64,000 bases of DNA from an uncultured Phycisphaerales bacterium (GCA_963773725.1 CAVZCA010000001.1:9843-73842); one strand, 5' to 3'; counted from the stretch's first letter, positions 55,454-64,000 are shown. Program-made: numbers and translations. The notes: generated by a model not told the origin, from the letters alone.

Positions 55454-57058
55454 ATGAACACGACTTCTTCATTCCACAAAACTAAGTTCACCGTAGCAGC
55501 TATTTTTATCGCGGTCCTGCCTATGGCAGCCTGGGACATTTGGGCAGAGCAACAGCGCTCGCTTACACCCGACATCATCGCTACCGAATCCAGGCACACC
55601 GTCACGACGGAAGTAATTCGTTCTCAGCCGGCTACTGACCGCGTTCGCGAATTGAGCCCTAAGTATTTGCTCCAAATCCATTCGACTCGCTTACCAGAGC
55701 TGCAGGCATGGGCGACCAATTGGGAATCCGAAACCTCGGTGCACCTATCACATTTGTCTGAATTGATCGCGAAGAGCGATTTGTCTGCTGTGGAATGTCT
55801 GCAAATCGGCGAGTTGATCGCTCATGACGAGGGATATCCTGCGGGGAAGGTTTGGATCACGGCGGGCTATCAAAGAGCAGTCACTCTGACGGCGAACGAC
55901 GAAGAAAATCGGAATTCACTAAATTCATTAGTCTCCGCGATGGTGTCTGCTGAGAACCATTTGCACGGGCGTGTGGACGCCGCGCCGCTTCTGGAACAGT
56001 TAACCGCATTTATCATTCATTTTAGCTCGACAAATAAATGGGATCAGACCTCCAAATGGGGACGGATACACCACGTAGACGCACTCCTATTGGAAGGCCG
56101 GAATATAGATGCCAAAGTAGAGGCAGAAGCGATGGATCGAGATGCGAAAGGCAATCCACATTGGGACTCTAAACTGAAATCAGAATTGAAGCTGCTTAAA
56201 GCCCGAATTCCTTTCGAACCCGAGGCACATTCACCGCTGGATGTGCTGAACCTTCATCATCCGGAACCAAAGGAGCTCCTTGCGTGGTTTGCAGCCCAAC
56301 AGGCCGCTCAAACAAACAACCAAGGCACCGGCGACGAAGCAGTTTTGGATATGACCCAGTCAAGTCTATTAATCCTTGTCGAAAAGAGTGATTTATCCAG
56401 TCTGGAATGTCTTCGTATTGCCGAGTTGATGGCTGACGGACCAGATGCATCCGATGCCGAAGTATTTGCCTCAGTGGGCACCGATAGGGCGCTCACCGAT
56501 CTAAAGAACCTGTCAGACGACGATGTTCGGGCGAGACCAATGCTTAACGCTCTGAAGCGTATGGAGCAACGGCTGTGGGAATCACCCGCTGGCGAAATTG
56601 ACCGCGGTGTGACGCTGGAAAAAATAAACCGCATGCTAATGCGATTCGCGCGGGAAAACCCCTGGGATCAAACGCTCGAATGGGCGCGAATTGGACATGG
56701 GGAGGCTCTGTATATGCAGCATCGGTATTCTGAGGCGCTCACCGAGGCAAATCAACTCGCGATTGACTCGGCAACCGACGACCACTTCACGCGTCAAGAA
56801 AAAAGCGGAATCAACTGGCTTCAAGCGTTGTTGTTATTCGATACGGGTCGCTTTGCGGAAGCCGTTCCTCATCTAGAGGCCACAGCCACCTGTACGGGTT
56901 TTGCTCACGCCAGAGATGCATGGCCAATGTGGGCGGTCGCACTCGCCAAGTCTGGAGATTCAGCGCGTGCGAATCGGGTATTCGACGATTGGATTCGCCA
57001 AAAACGTCCACCCATTGATGCCGCCGCACATGTGCTGGAGGCGATACAAGGTCATTAA
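55454..57058 (+). CDS. N-terminally anchored protein with an internal ~200-aa duplication and a TPR-like C-terminus
   Basis: 534 aa and intact. Anchor FTVAAIFIAVLPMAAW. Paired modules ...IAKSDLSAVECLQIGELIA...NKWDQTSKWGRIHH... and ...VEKSDLSSLECLRIAELMA...NPWDQTLEWARIGH... Confidence 0.5.
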   Translation: MNTTSSFHKTKFTVAAIFIAVLPMAAWDIWAEQQRSLTPDIIATESRHTVTTEVIRSQPATDRVRELSPKYLLQIHSTRLPELQAWATNWESETSVHLSHLSELIAKSDLSAVECLQIGELIAHDEGYPAGKVWITAGYQRAVTLTANDEENRNSLNSLVSAMVSAENHLHGRVDAAPLLEQLTAFIIHFSSTNKWDQTSKWGRIHHVDALLLEGRNIDAKVEAEAMDRDAKGNPHWDSKLKSELKLLKARIPFEPEAHSPLDVLNLHHPEPKELLAWFAAQQAAQTNNQGTGDEAVLDMTQSSLLILVEKSDLSSLECLRIAELMADGPDASDAEVFASVGTDRALTDLKNLSDDDVRARPMLNALKRMEQRLWESPAGEIDRGVTLEKINRMLMRFARENPWDQTLEWARIGHGEALYMQHRYSEALTEANQLAIDSATDDHFTRQEKSGINWLQALLLFDTGRFAEAVPHLEATATCTGFAHARDAWPMWAVALAKSGDSARANRVFDDWIRQKRPPIDAAAHVLEAIQGH

Positions 57059-57084
57059 ATAAGTTCCGATGTCGGCTTGGCAAA

Positions 57085-58229
57085 ATGATGGCTTCGTACT
57101 GTGCTGGCGCTATAGCTGGAGACCCAATGTGGCATATGACACCATCGCTTCGGCACAAGGTAGCTATCTTAGCTATCTTCATCTTTCTCCCCGGCGTTTC
57201 GGCCTATCTATGGGCAAACTATCATCCCGGTCCCGCGTCGCAGCCGGGGAGCGTCTTGGATATTGCAGGGTTGCATGTCTCCAAGGCGGTCATTGATATC
57301 GGGACGGTCTGGTCGGGGGGCCAGAACGTTCAAAGAGATTTCCATTTAGAAAATGGGACCGGACGGGATATCCGAGTTGAGTCCGTCACGTCGGACTGCG
57401 GCTGCACCGTTGCCAATGCTAGTGGCGGCGAAATCGCAAACGGGCACTCAACGGCAATACATGTTGTATTTTGGCCCCCGACGGTTGCGAACGATCAGGG
57501 GGGCCAATTTCGGCGCACTATTTCGGTCGTGGTAGACACATTCAGTGGCCAGCAGTCGATTCCGCTGATCCTGACCGGATTCGTAGAGCCAGATGAATCA
57601 CTGCACGTTTTTCCAGTTAACTTAGAGCTGGAAGGCCCCTATCCAACGACCAGGCCGTCGGCCATTCTACACTTCAAAGGGTCGGCATCACTGCTTAGAA
57701 ACATTCCGGACAAACTCTCTATTTCTGCTGGCCAGAGTCAACGAGTGCTTGTCCCAGATTCACCAGTCAGCAACCCTGACAAGATTGATACAAAGGATGT
57801 CCAAATCGAACTGACGCAAATCCCAGCCCAGACGAGAACTGGAATTCTACGATCGTCTTTGCTCCCGATCAGCTATCGGATGGCTTAACGATTCATGTAC
57901 GCGGCCATACACCACAGGCCATCGAGATTAACCCTCAAAGTGTGATTCTTACGGACAGCGTGGAATCTCGCGACGCAACCGTAAACCTTACGAACAAAAA
58001 TGGTGTTCCCATTATTCCGGAATCAATTCACACCGACTTGCCACTGATATTGGACTTTCTCCCAGAATCTGGAATCGGCCATGATTCCCGTGCTCTACAC
58101 ATGCATGTTAAGGGACCGCTGACTCAGGACCTTTCCGGACGAATACTGATTAGCTTACGCACCGGATCCGCAAGGACCGAATCTGTCTCGATTCCCGTCG
58201 TAATCCTTCGAGAAGGAAAATCCAGTTGA
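57085..58229 (+). CDS. DUF1573-domain protein, with a probable frame change near 57840
   Basis: Anchor VAILAIFIFLPGVSAYLW. DUF1573 core IDIGTVWSGG...FHLENGTGRDIRVESVTSDCGCTV. A second Ig-like part continues in ORF 57942-58229. Confidence 0.65.
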
Positions 58230-58279
58230 TGGATAAGAGCAAAATTCTAGACCAACCCTCTACTCAGGAGATTTCTATC

Positions 58280-58611
58280 ATGCGTCAGATTCAACCGTTC
58301 ACCGCGCGTGTCTGCGTTTTTGTAGTCGCTTCAATATTCGCTCTGCGGCTCTTCGCCGCGCCGCCCTCGAACACGGAATGCCAGGCAAGCGGGGGTTGCT
58401 CGTTCCCATGTACCAGCGCGGGTGGACAAAGGCAAATCTCATCAGCGCATCACAACTTGCACAGTGCAGTCCGTCATATATGTCAAATTGTCCATCTTCG
58501 GGTTCCTATGGAGTTTGCGGGGTGTACTACACTTACTCGGCTCCGAACTGCGATCCTGCGGCGATCGAAGACTCGAATTACGACTACAACTATTACTGCT
58601 CCGGAAATTAA
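58280..58611 (+). CDS. Small secreted Cys/Tyr-rich protein (8 Cys in the predicted mature part). It requires one frame change near 58400-58435.
   Basis: AGGAG and the ATG at 58280 give signal peptide MRQIQPFTARVCVFVVASIFALRLFA, then APPSNTECQASGGCSFPCTSAGG. The adjacent frame continues ...KANLISASQLAQCSPSYMSNCPSSGSYGVCGVYYTYSAPNCDPAAIEDSNYDYNYYCSGN, with the stop at 58609-58611. Confidence 0.45.
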
Positions 58612-58719
58612 AACGCGTGATTTTCGCCGAGCCATCAGGAGGCAATCGCATCCTGTAAGAAATGGCAGAAACTCAGGAATTAGTCTGCGACCGATTTGCA
58701 ATCGGCACGGAGAGACCCG

Positions 58720-59781
58720 ATGAAAATATCACCTCATTTATCTGGTTGTTTCGTCGCCTGCGCGATCCTGATCGGGAAGATTTCAAATTGTTCAGCGGAC
58801 ACTTTGGAACGTGCCGCGATCGCAGCTCATCAGGATGAACTTCAAAACCTAATGATGTACTGCGACGAATCGCGATCGTATGACGTGAATCCGGCCTGGG
58901 CGGCGCAAGAGCCTCCGAATTTTCGACAACCGAAAGTCGATTTGAAGAGGGTGGAGACATCCAGCCTCAGATTCATGTTTTTGAGCGGTAGTGCATGCTA
59001 CGACCGAGAGACAGATGCGAAAACTTTAAGCTATTGGGCCGCGAAGGGTCTGCCGGCGATTGCGAGGCAAATCCAAACGATCACTTCAACCGGTCGAATC
59101 GAGGAATTGACGCAGCAGCGACTTGCAAATGGTAAGCGACCGAGTTTTGGCGGACTGCGGCAGCTCAGTGAGTTCTCACCAGAGGTCACAATCGACGTGG
59201 CTATGGGTCTTCGGTTTCTGGGCGGACGCCAATGGGTGACCAAAGATGACCTCAATTCCATGCAGGAAATTCAGGCAGCGGACTCGAGATTCGTCATTCT
59301 CCATTCGCTTGACGGCGGCGGACATGTCCATGAATTGCGTTACGACAAACAGCTTCTTTACGCGCTGATCTATTACCGATGTAGCAATTCGCAAGGCGCA
59401 TCAGTTGAAATAGTGAACTCCGATTTCCGCCGGTATGGCAACGTCTTTTTGCCTGGCAAGATAGTGCGGACTTCAAATATCGTGGACTCCGGGGGCAAAA
59501 TACATCATCCCCTGATATTCACGTTCACAGTCAAAGATGCGTCAGTAAATGATCCAAAAAACACACCCGATCTCTACTCAATTGCATGGCCGGCTCATTT
59601 GCAGCTTTTTGATGCGAGGACAAACGATCGAATTGAAGTGGGACCATCCACCCGTCCTTTCACGGATGAAGATATTCGTCAGCAGCTTGCCGAGAATCGT
59701 GTTCGGAAATTGATGCTTGAAGGGATGGCTGCGGATCGCATTCAACGTATTTTGAGTAACCAGCCAACTACCAGGCCATGA
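58720..59781 (+). CDS. Hypothetical secreted protein
   Basis: Intact ORF. N-terminal MKISPHLSGCFVACAILIGKISNCSA is signal-like. No recognised catalytic motif. Confidence 0.45.
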   Translation: MKISPHLSGCFVACAILIGKISNCSADTLERAAIAAHQDELQNLMMYCDESRSYDVNPAWAAQEPPNFRQPKVDLKRVETSSLRFMFLSGSACYDRETDAKTLSYWAAKGLPAIARQIQTITSTGRIEELTQQRLANGKRPSFGGLRQLSEFSPEVTIDVAMGLRFLGGRQWVTKDDLNSMQEIQAADSRFVILHSLDGGGHVHELRYDKQLLYALIYYRCSNSQGASVEIVNSDFRRYGNVFLPGKIVRTSNIVDSGGKIHHPLIFTFTVKDASVNDPKNTPDLYSIAWPAHLQLFDARTNDRIEVGPSTRPFTDEDIRQQLAENRVRKLMLEGMAADRIQRILSNQPTTRP

Positions 59782-59799
59782 AGAGGAAAGATATTTGCC

Positions 59800-60336
59800 A
59801 TGACTATGGTGAAGACACTTGAAATATCAGCACGAGTAGCGCTTGCAGCAACCTTCCTTTATGCAGCCGCATCGAAAATATTGCATAGCGAGCCAGTTCA
59901 AGAACCAGCCACGATTTTCGCACAATGGTCTTATCATCATCCGCAAGCCCGTTACGGCCTGATCGCCGCAGAATTGGCTTTGGCTGCGTGGCTATTCTCT
60001 GGAGTCAAATCAAGTGTCGCAGGTTTATTAGCTTTAGCACTCATTTCCGCTTTCACGGGCCTGCTGATTCTGGAATTGCAAAAGAAAAACCCCCGGCCTT
60101 GCGGCTGCACGGGGAGTCGGATGATCGCTCCCGATTCAAATGGAATTCGAACATCGCTTCAAATTGACGCGATCCGCAACGTGATCCTTATCGCGTGTGC
60201 GGGATGGCTTTACCTCTCTGTGCGGATTCATAAAAGTGCCACAATCGTGTGGGAAAGTGAAAGTCTTGCGAAGAATGACCCACGGAAAAGAATAAACGTG
60301 GGACGCTCAAAACCCCCTCGCCCATGCGAACTCTAG
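59800..60336 (+). CDS. MauE/DoxX-family membrane protein
   Basis: 178 aa with four hydrophobic helices. RVALAATFLYAAASKI and a PCGCTG motif, as in the MauE CGC motif. Confidence 0.6.
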   Translation: MTMVKTLEISARVALAATFLYAAASKILHSEPVQEPATIFAQWSYHHPQARYGLIAAELALAAWLFSGVKSSVAGLLALALISAFTGLLILELQKKNPRPCGCTGSRMIAPDSNGIRTSLQIDAIRNVILIACAGWLYLSVRIHKSATIVWESESLAKNDPRKRINVGRSKPPRPCEL

Positions 60337-60420
60337 GTGTGCGTCGAAACTTGCGGCCTTAATGATTCCCTGAATATACTTGCGTATCGAGTGGAATCGT
60401 GAGCAAGATGCAGGAGACGT

Positions 60421-60645
60421 ATGCCACGCCGTGTAATAATGCGCATTGAACTCGATCAGTTGGCAAGGAATAAATACACCGAATTGCCAGATTTGAGAGG
60501 CATGACGCAGTTGGCCATAACAAGCAGGCTGATTGAATGGTTTCTAGAGCAATCGGTGGAGTTGCAAGCAGCAATCTTGGGGCTTTATCCGACCGATAAG
60601 CATGATTTGACGAAAGCAGTTTTGAAAGCATTTCTCTCGAAATAA
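60421..60645 (+). CDS. Small hypothetical protein
   Basis: 74-aa ORF in the low-GC island. No motif. Confidence 0.25.
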   Translation: MPRRVIMRIELDQLARNKYTELPDLRGMTQLAITSRLIEWFLEQSVELQAAILGLYPTDKHDLTKAVLKAFLSK

Positions 60646-60840
60646 AGACAGGACCCTGTCGGCGTGGCCCATATTACAATTGCGGTGAACCGCTCATGGC
60701 TCGATGCGTTGGCCATTTTTGCAATTCCGCCATGCATGATTATTTCGTTGGCCATAACGGCAAGTTCGCTCGGCCATTTCTAGCCTTCAAGATAGCGTTT
60801 TCTCTCTGAAAAAAGAGGAGACGCGATTACGAGGGTCGAG

Positions 60841-62046
60841 ATGAAAACAGTAATTCTTTCACGGAAGCAACTCTTTGAAGAGGTCTGGACTACGCCGATG
60901 CGGACTCTGGCACACCGCTATGGTCTATCGGATGTTGGATTAGCCAAGGTCTGTCAGCGACATGACATCCCGCTCCCGCCAGTTGGTTACTGGGCAAAGA
61001 AGGAAATTGGCAAAGCTCCCGCTCAAACGCCTCTCCCACGAAACAACGACCCGAAGATACAGCAGATCAAACTCTGGGACGGACCGAAACCAGAGCCTGC
61101 TCCGGAACCGCCCCAGGAGTATGACCAGGATATTCAGGCGATGCTGGATCGAGCGATGTCTCTGACGCCGGTAACGGTTGCCAGCACGCTCCATAACCTG
61201 CATCCATTGATTCGACGGACGCGCAAAGCGCTGGAACGTCAGACCTATGAGCTGCATGGGCTGGTTTCAGCGAGCGGCATGCGAACCGATCCAATCGTCG
61301 AAATAACTGTCGCGAAATCCAACGTTCGCCGGGCACTCCTATTCATGGACGCTCTGTTCAAAGCCGTCGAGAAGGTGGGTGGAACCATCAAAATTGAGAA
61401 GCTTGCTCAGTGGCAGCCAGACGTGGCAGTCATTCGCATCGCTGAAATCGTTATTGGCGGCGTGCGTCTTCGTGAACGATACAAACAGGTACGACGGATG
61501 GAGGATGGTACGAATCGCTGGACGTATCCGAGTCACGACTACCATCCAACCGGACGGTTCGTGCTGGATCATGCGCCACCCAGTTATGACAAACCATTCT
61601 GCGAGGACGGTGAGAAATCTGAACGCAGCATTGAAGGCCAGATTAATAAGGTAATTATCAAATGGATTAATGAGGCCGGACAGACCCGCATCAGGCAGAG
61701 GCAAGAAGAAGAGGCGCGGCGAATCCGCGCAGAACAAGAGCGTATACGCCAGGAAAGAGAAGCCGATCTGAAACATCGTCGAGACGAATTAATCCGACAA
61801 CAGAAGACGGAGCAAAGCAGGGTCGATCAATTGCTAAACGAGGCAGAAAGCTGGCAACGCAGCCAAGTTCTGCGTTCGTATCTCGCCGCTATTGAAGACT
61901 TGTTGGCCAAACGACCGCAGCCATCTGCGGCGGATAGCGAGACGGCTGCATGGATTCGCTGGGCACATCAGCAGGCAGACCGACTCGATCCACTGAAGCT
62001 ATCGCCAGCCTCAATTCTCGATCAGAAGGTGAACGCTGAGCAATAA
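60841..62046 (+). CDS. Conserved hypothetical protein with an N-terminal HTH-like module and an Arg/Glu-rich coiled coil
   Basis: 401 aa and intact. LFEEVWTTPMRTLAHRYGLSDVGLAKVCQRHDIPLPPVGYWAKK is a recurring N-terminus of uncharacterised island-borne proteins. RQRQEEEARRIRAEQERIRQEREADLKHRRDEL is the coiled coil. Confidence 0.45.
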   Translation: MKTVILSRKQLFEEVWTTPMRTLAHRYGLSDVGLAKVCQRHDIPLPPVGYWAKKEIGKAPAQTPLPRNNDPKIQQIKLWDGPKPEPAPEPPQEYDQDIQAMLDRAMSLTPVTVASTLHNLHPLIRRTRKALERQTYELHGLVSASGMRTDPIVEITVAKSNVRRALLFMDALFKAVEKVGGTIKIEKLAQWQPDVAVIRIAEIVIGGVRLRERYKQVRRMEDGTNRWTYPSHDYHPTGRFVLDHAPPSYDKPFCEDGEKSERSIEGQINKVIIKWINEAGQTRIRQRQEEEARRIRAEQERIRQEREADLKHRRDELIRQQKTEQSRVDQLLNEAESWQRSQVLRSYLAAIEDLLAKRPQPSAADSETAAWIRWAHQQADRLDPLKLSPASILDQKVNAEQ

Positions 62047-62063
62047 TGAATCATCGGCGGTGG

Positions 62064-62612
62064 TCAGTAGGGCTTCCTAACGTAAAGACCTCGCCTCTCG
62101 AACACGTTCACAGCAGATGGATAAAACATCGGCCAATGCTCACTGTCCTGAATATGCCAAAACGCACCAATGAAAAACGGAAGTCGTGCCGTTTGAAGGT
62201 ATCTGCGGGTCGAATGTCCTGCTTTGATTTGGCCTTCGAGGAAATCATCAAACGCCTGCATACGGCTTCGTCCGTCGTCTTCATTGCTGGGTACGCGAGC
62301 GACACGCTTTAGCTCGTCAGTGGTTTGTGCTTGATCGGGCAGGTGCTTTACCAAGATGTTGAGAACCATCGCCGAAGACATTCCAGCAAGGCCGAAACTT
62401 TTCCACTCCGACCTTGTTTTCACATCCCACGTTGCTCGAAATGCCTCAAGATCGATTTTGCCATCCAGAAACGAAATCAGAAGCTGAGCCAATTGCGGAC
62501 GGACTACTTGTCGCTTTTCACGTACTTTTGCGAAGTGGCCCTGCTGCTTCGCATCCTTGCTGAAATCTTCCTTGAGTTAACGCCAGTACGAGAGTTCGCT
62601 GTCGGTTAGCAT
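62064..62612 (-). pseudogene. Hypothetical gene with an in-frame TAA at codon 12, probably an N-terminal domain fragment
   Basis: ATG at 62610-62612. MLTDSELSYWR-TAA(62577-62579)-LKEDFSKDAKQQGHFAKVREKRQVVRPQLAQLLISFLDG..., all in one frame down to the stop at 62064. Confidence 0.4.
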
Positions 62613-62645
62613 TGAAGGTGACCGTAGCCAACCCGAGCACGGGCG

Positions 62646-62864
62646 TCAAACTCGTCTGCGAACACTCAACTGCCCCAAGCCGATTAGGGCGATTCCAAAC
62701 GCTGTTGGCTCAGGAATAGGTGTCAATTCAAGCGCTTCTCCATACCCTTCAGGACCGATCCCATCCCCCACGATCTGCCCCGAATCATTGATGCCCCGTG
62801 CCCACTGAGTGTTCCACCCGACGGAATACCGTAAAGATTCGATTGGTTGACGGATTCCAAACAT
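62646..62864 (-). pseudogene. C-terminal fragment of a HAF-repeat / PEP-CTERM sorting-domain protein
   Basis: ...GINDSGQIVGDG...LELTPIPEPTAFGIALIGLGQLSVRRRV (PEP motif, TM helix and Arg cluster). There is no plausible N-terminus or signal peptide upstream. Confidence 0.5.
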
Positions 62865-62919
62865 ATCCGTAGCTCCCAGTAGTGGCGACGGCCCCAAAGG
62901 GAAAGCGACCGTGCAGTAG

Positions 62920-63641
62920 TCATAACAAGCGGCGTATTTCGTCCGCGAAAGGAGCGAGTGGGCTGATGACAGGCAACGTAAATACGCCTTTTTCAGGATG
63001 TTCGTCCGTACTTCGGAACTGGACCGATTGGATGAGAATCCCAACAAGATACCCGTCAGGAAGAAACGCAGGCCCACCACTGAATCCCTTCTCAGCAAAA
63101 CCCGTCGATAGCATCCACTTTCCACCAAGTGGCCCTTTGCTCTGAAAACGAATCGAGGCGAACCCGCTGAAAAACGCCGTGTGAAGGTCTGCTGCCTCAT
63201 CTTCCAACTGTTGAGAGAAATAGGTCAGGTAACCTATTTGCCGTCCGTGAGAGAACTCTGCGCCAACCAACGGGAACCGATCTGGACGCGGCACGGGTTG
63301 CGGATGCAATTTGATGGCTCGCCCATCTTTAGGATCGAAAGATCGGCGTGGTCGTTTTCCCAAATGACGTCCAGGGCATAAATGCCATTAACGAAGAGCA
63401 ATGCGGGCTGGTGACCGTCGGCGAGCACCTGATCGACCGTATGCTTCGCAGTGATAACCTTATCCAAGGTGAGAAAGCACCCCATTCCGCTTGCTTTCTT
63501 TTCGCGCAAGGCCGTGTACCCGACGACCTTGCAGATGTGGCTCCAATAGAACCTACAGGCGTCCTGAAACATGTGGTGAGGATACGAGAGGAATCGATCT
63601 GCGATCAAGAGAAATAGAGCGTATCCGCTTGAAACGTCCAA
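62920..63641 (-). CDS. Trypsin-like (S1/S1C-type) serine protease without a signal peptide, with a frame change near 63322
   Basis: His VITAKHTV, Asp NDHADLSIL and Ser EKGFSGGPAF across ORFs 63234-63641 and 62920-63363. Confidence 0.6.
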
Positions 63642-63655
63642 ATCTGGAGGAAACC

Positions 63656-63838
63656 ATGAGCAAGCAACGAGACAAGCAGGCCGAAATCGAATCGGCCAAG
63701 GAGAGGCTGAAGGGCTTCATTAAGCGGCCCATCAATTATCACAATCCAGAGCGGTTGGCGCGGTATCGAGAGGGTCGAGAGAATGCGCCGCACGGACTAA
63801 GCTGGGCCGATTTGGCGCGGAACATCCGTCGATGGTGA
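63656..63838 (+). CDS. Small hypothetical protein
   Basis: MSKQRDKQAEIESAKERLKGFIKRP..., 60 aa, preceded by GGAGGAAACC. No motif. Confidence 0.2.
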   Translation: MSKQRDKQAEIESAKERLKGFIKRPINYHNPERLARYREGRENAPHGLSWADLARNIRRW

Positions 63839-64000
63839 AATGTCTGGCCCTGCTCAGATGAACCACGGTGTCGGCTCCAGCACTGAATGCAGCTTGAACT
63901 TGTCGTCCTGTCGCAGAAATGCCGCAGTCAAGTAGGCGATGTCACCTGCGTATTTGGTTGTGATGGGTTCGCCGCACAAGGAATCGGTCGAAGACCAATT

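Noticed and set aside
58226-58723. Reading the Cys-rich locus as one uninterrupted 165-aa ORF
   Set aside because: After about residue 65 the sequence becomes Arg/Thr/Ile-rich and non-protein-like, and it overlaps the next gene. The adjacent frame gives a Cys-balanced product with a clean stop, so the frame-change model is preferred, though unproven.

Overview
This is a 64-kb chromosomal window at roughly 60% GC with strong Planctomycetota hallmarks: fused SecDF, DUF1573 and DUF4159 proteins, an N-terminal LEKLENRMYLS motif on a giant secreted protein, PEP-CTERM-like tails, an ECF sigma factor paired with a Ser/Thr kinase, and kinase-FGE fusions. The core content is housekeeping genes: lpdA, an S1-domain protein, tgt, yajC-secDF, dnaA, rpmA, obg, nusA-infB-DUF503-rbfA, hisG, yebC, truA, a DEAD-box helicase, a sugar ABC ATPase and a GH4 melA-like gene. 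About half of the conserved genes can only be read by joining ORF pieces in different frames. I counted at least 12 frame changes in secDF and at least 9 in infB, which looks like an indel-rich assembly rather than real gene decay. For that reason I report whole-gene spans and flag the breaks. Accessory and regulatory content includes: (1) a clear SAM-I riboswitch driving a threonine-synthase-like PLP enzyme plus a MoaD/ThiS-type sulfur carrier, which resembles the MetM/MetO homocysteine route; (2) a second MoaD-like gene translationally coupled to a BNR beta-propeller; (3) two toxin-antitoxin pairs, VapBC wedged between rpmA and obg, and BrnT with an HTH antitoxin; (4) a 264-bp imperfect palindrome belonging to a dispersed intergenic repeat family with at least 4 copies; (5) an IS5-family element with an A8 slippery run; (6) a tRNA-like 3' fragment with a strong terminator and direct repeats at the edge of a lower-GC island (about 51.9-64 kb). 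That island holds the most system-like unexplained locus. An ECF sigma and a membrane Ser/Thr kinase with an FGE domain sit divergent from an operon encoding an internally duplicated anchored protein, a DUF1573 protein, a small secreted 8-Cys/Tyr-rich protein, a secreted protein of unknown fold and a MauE/DoxX membrane protein. No rRNA genes, intact tRNA genes or CRISPR arrays were seen.
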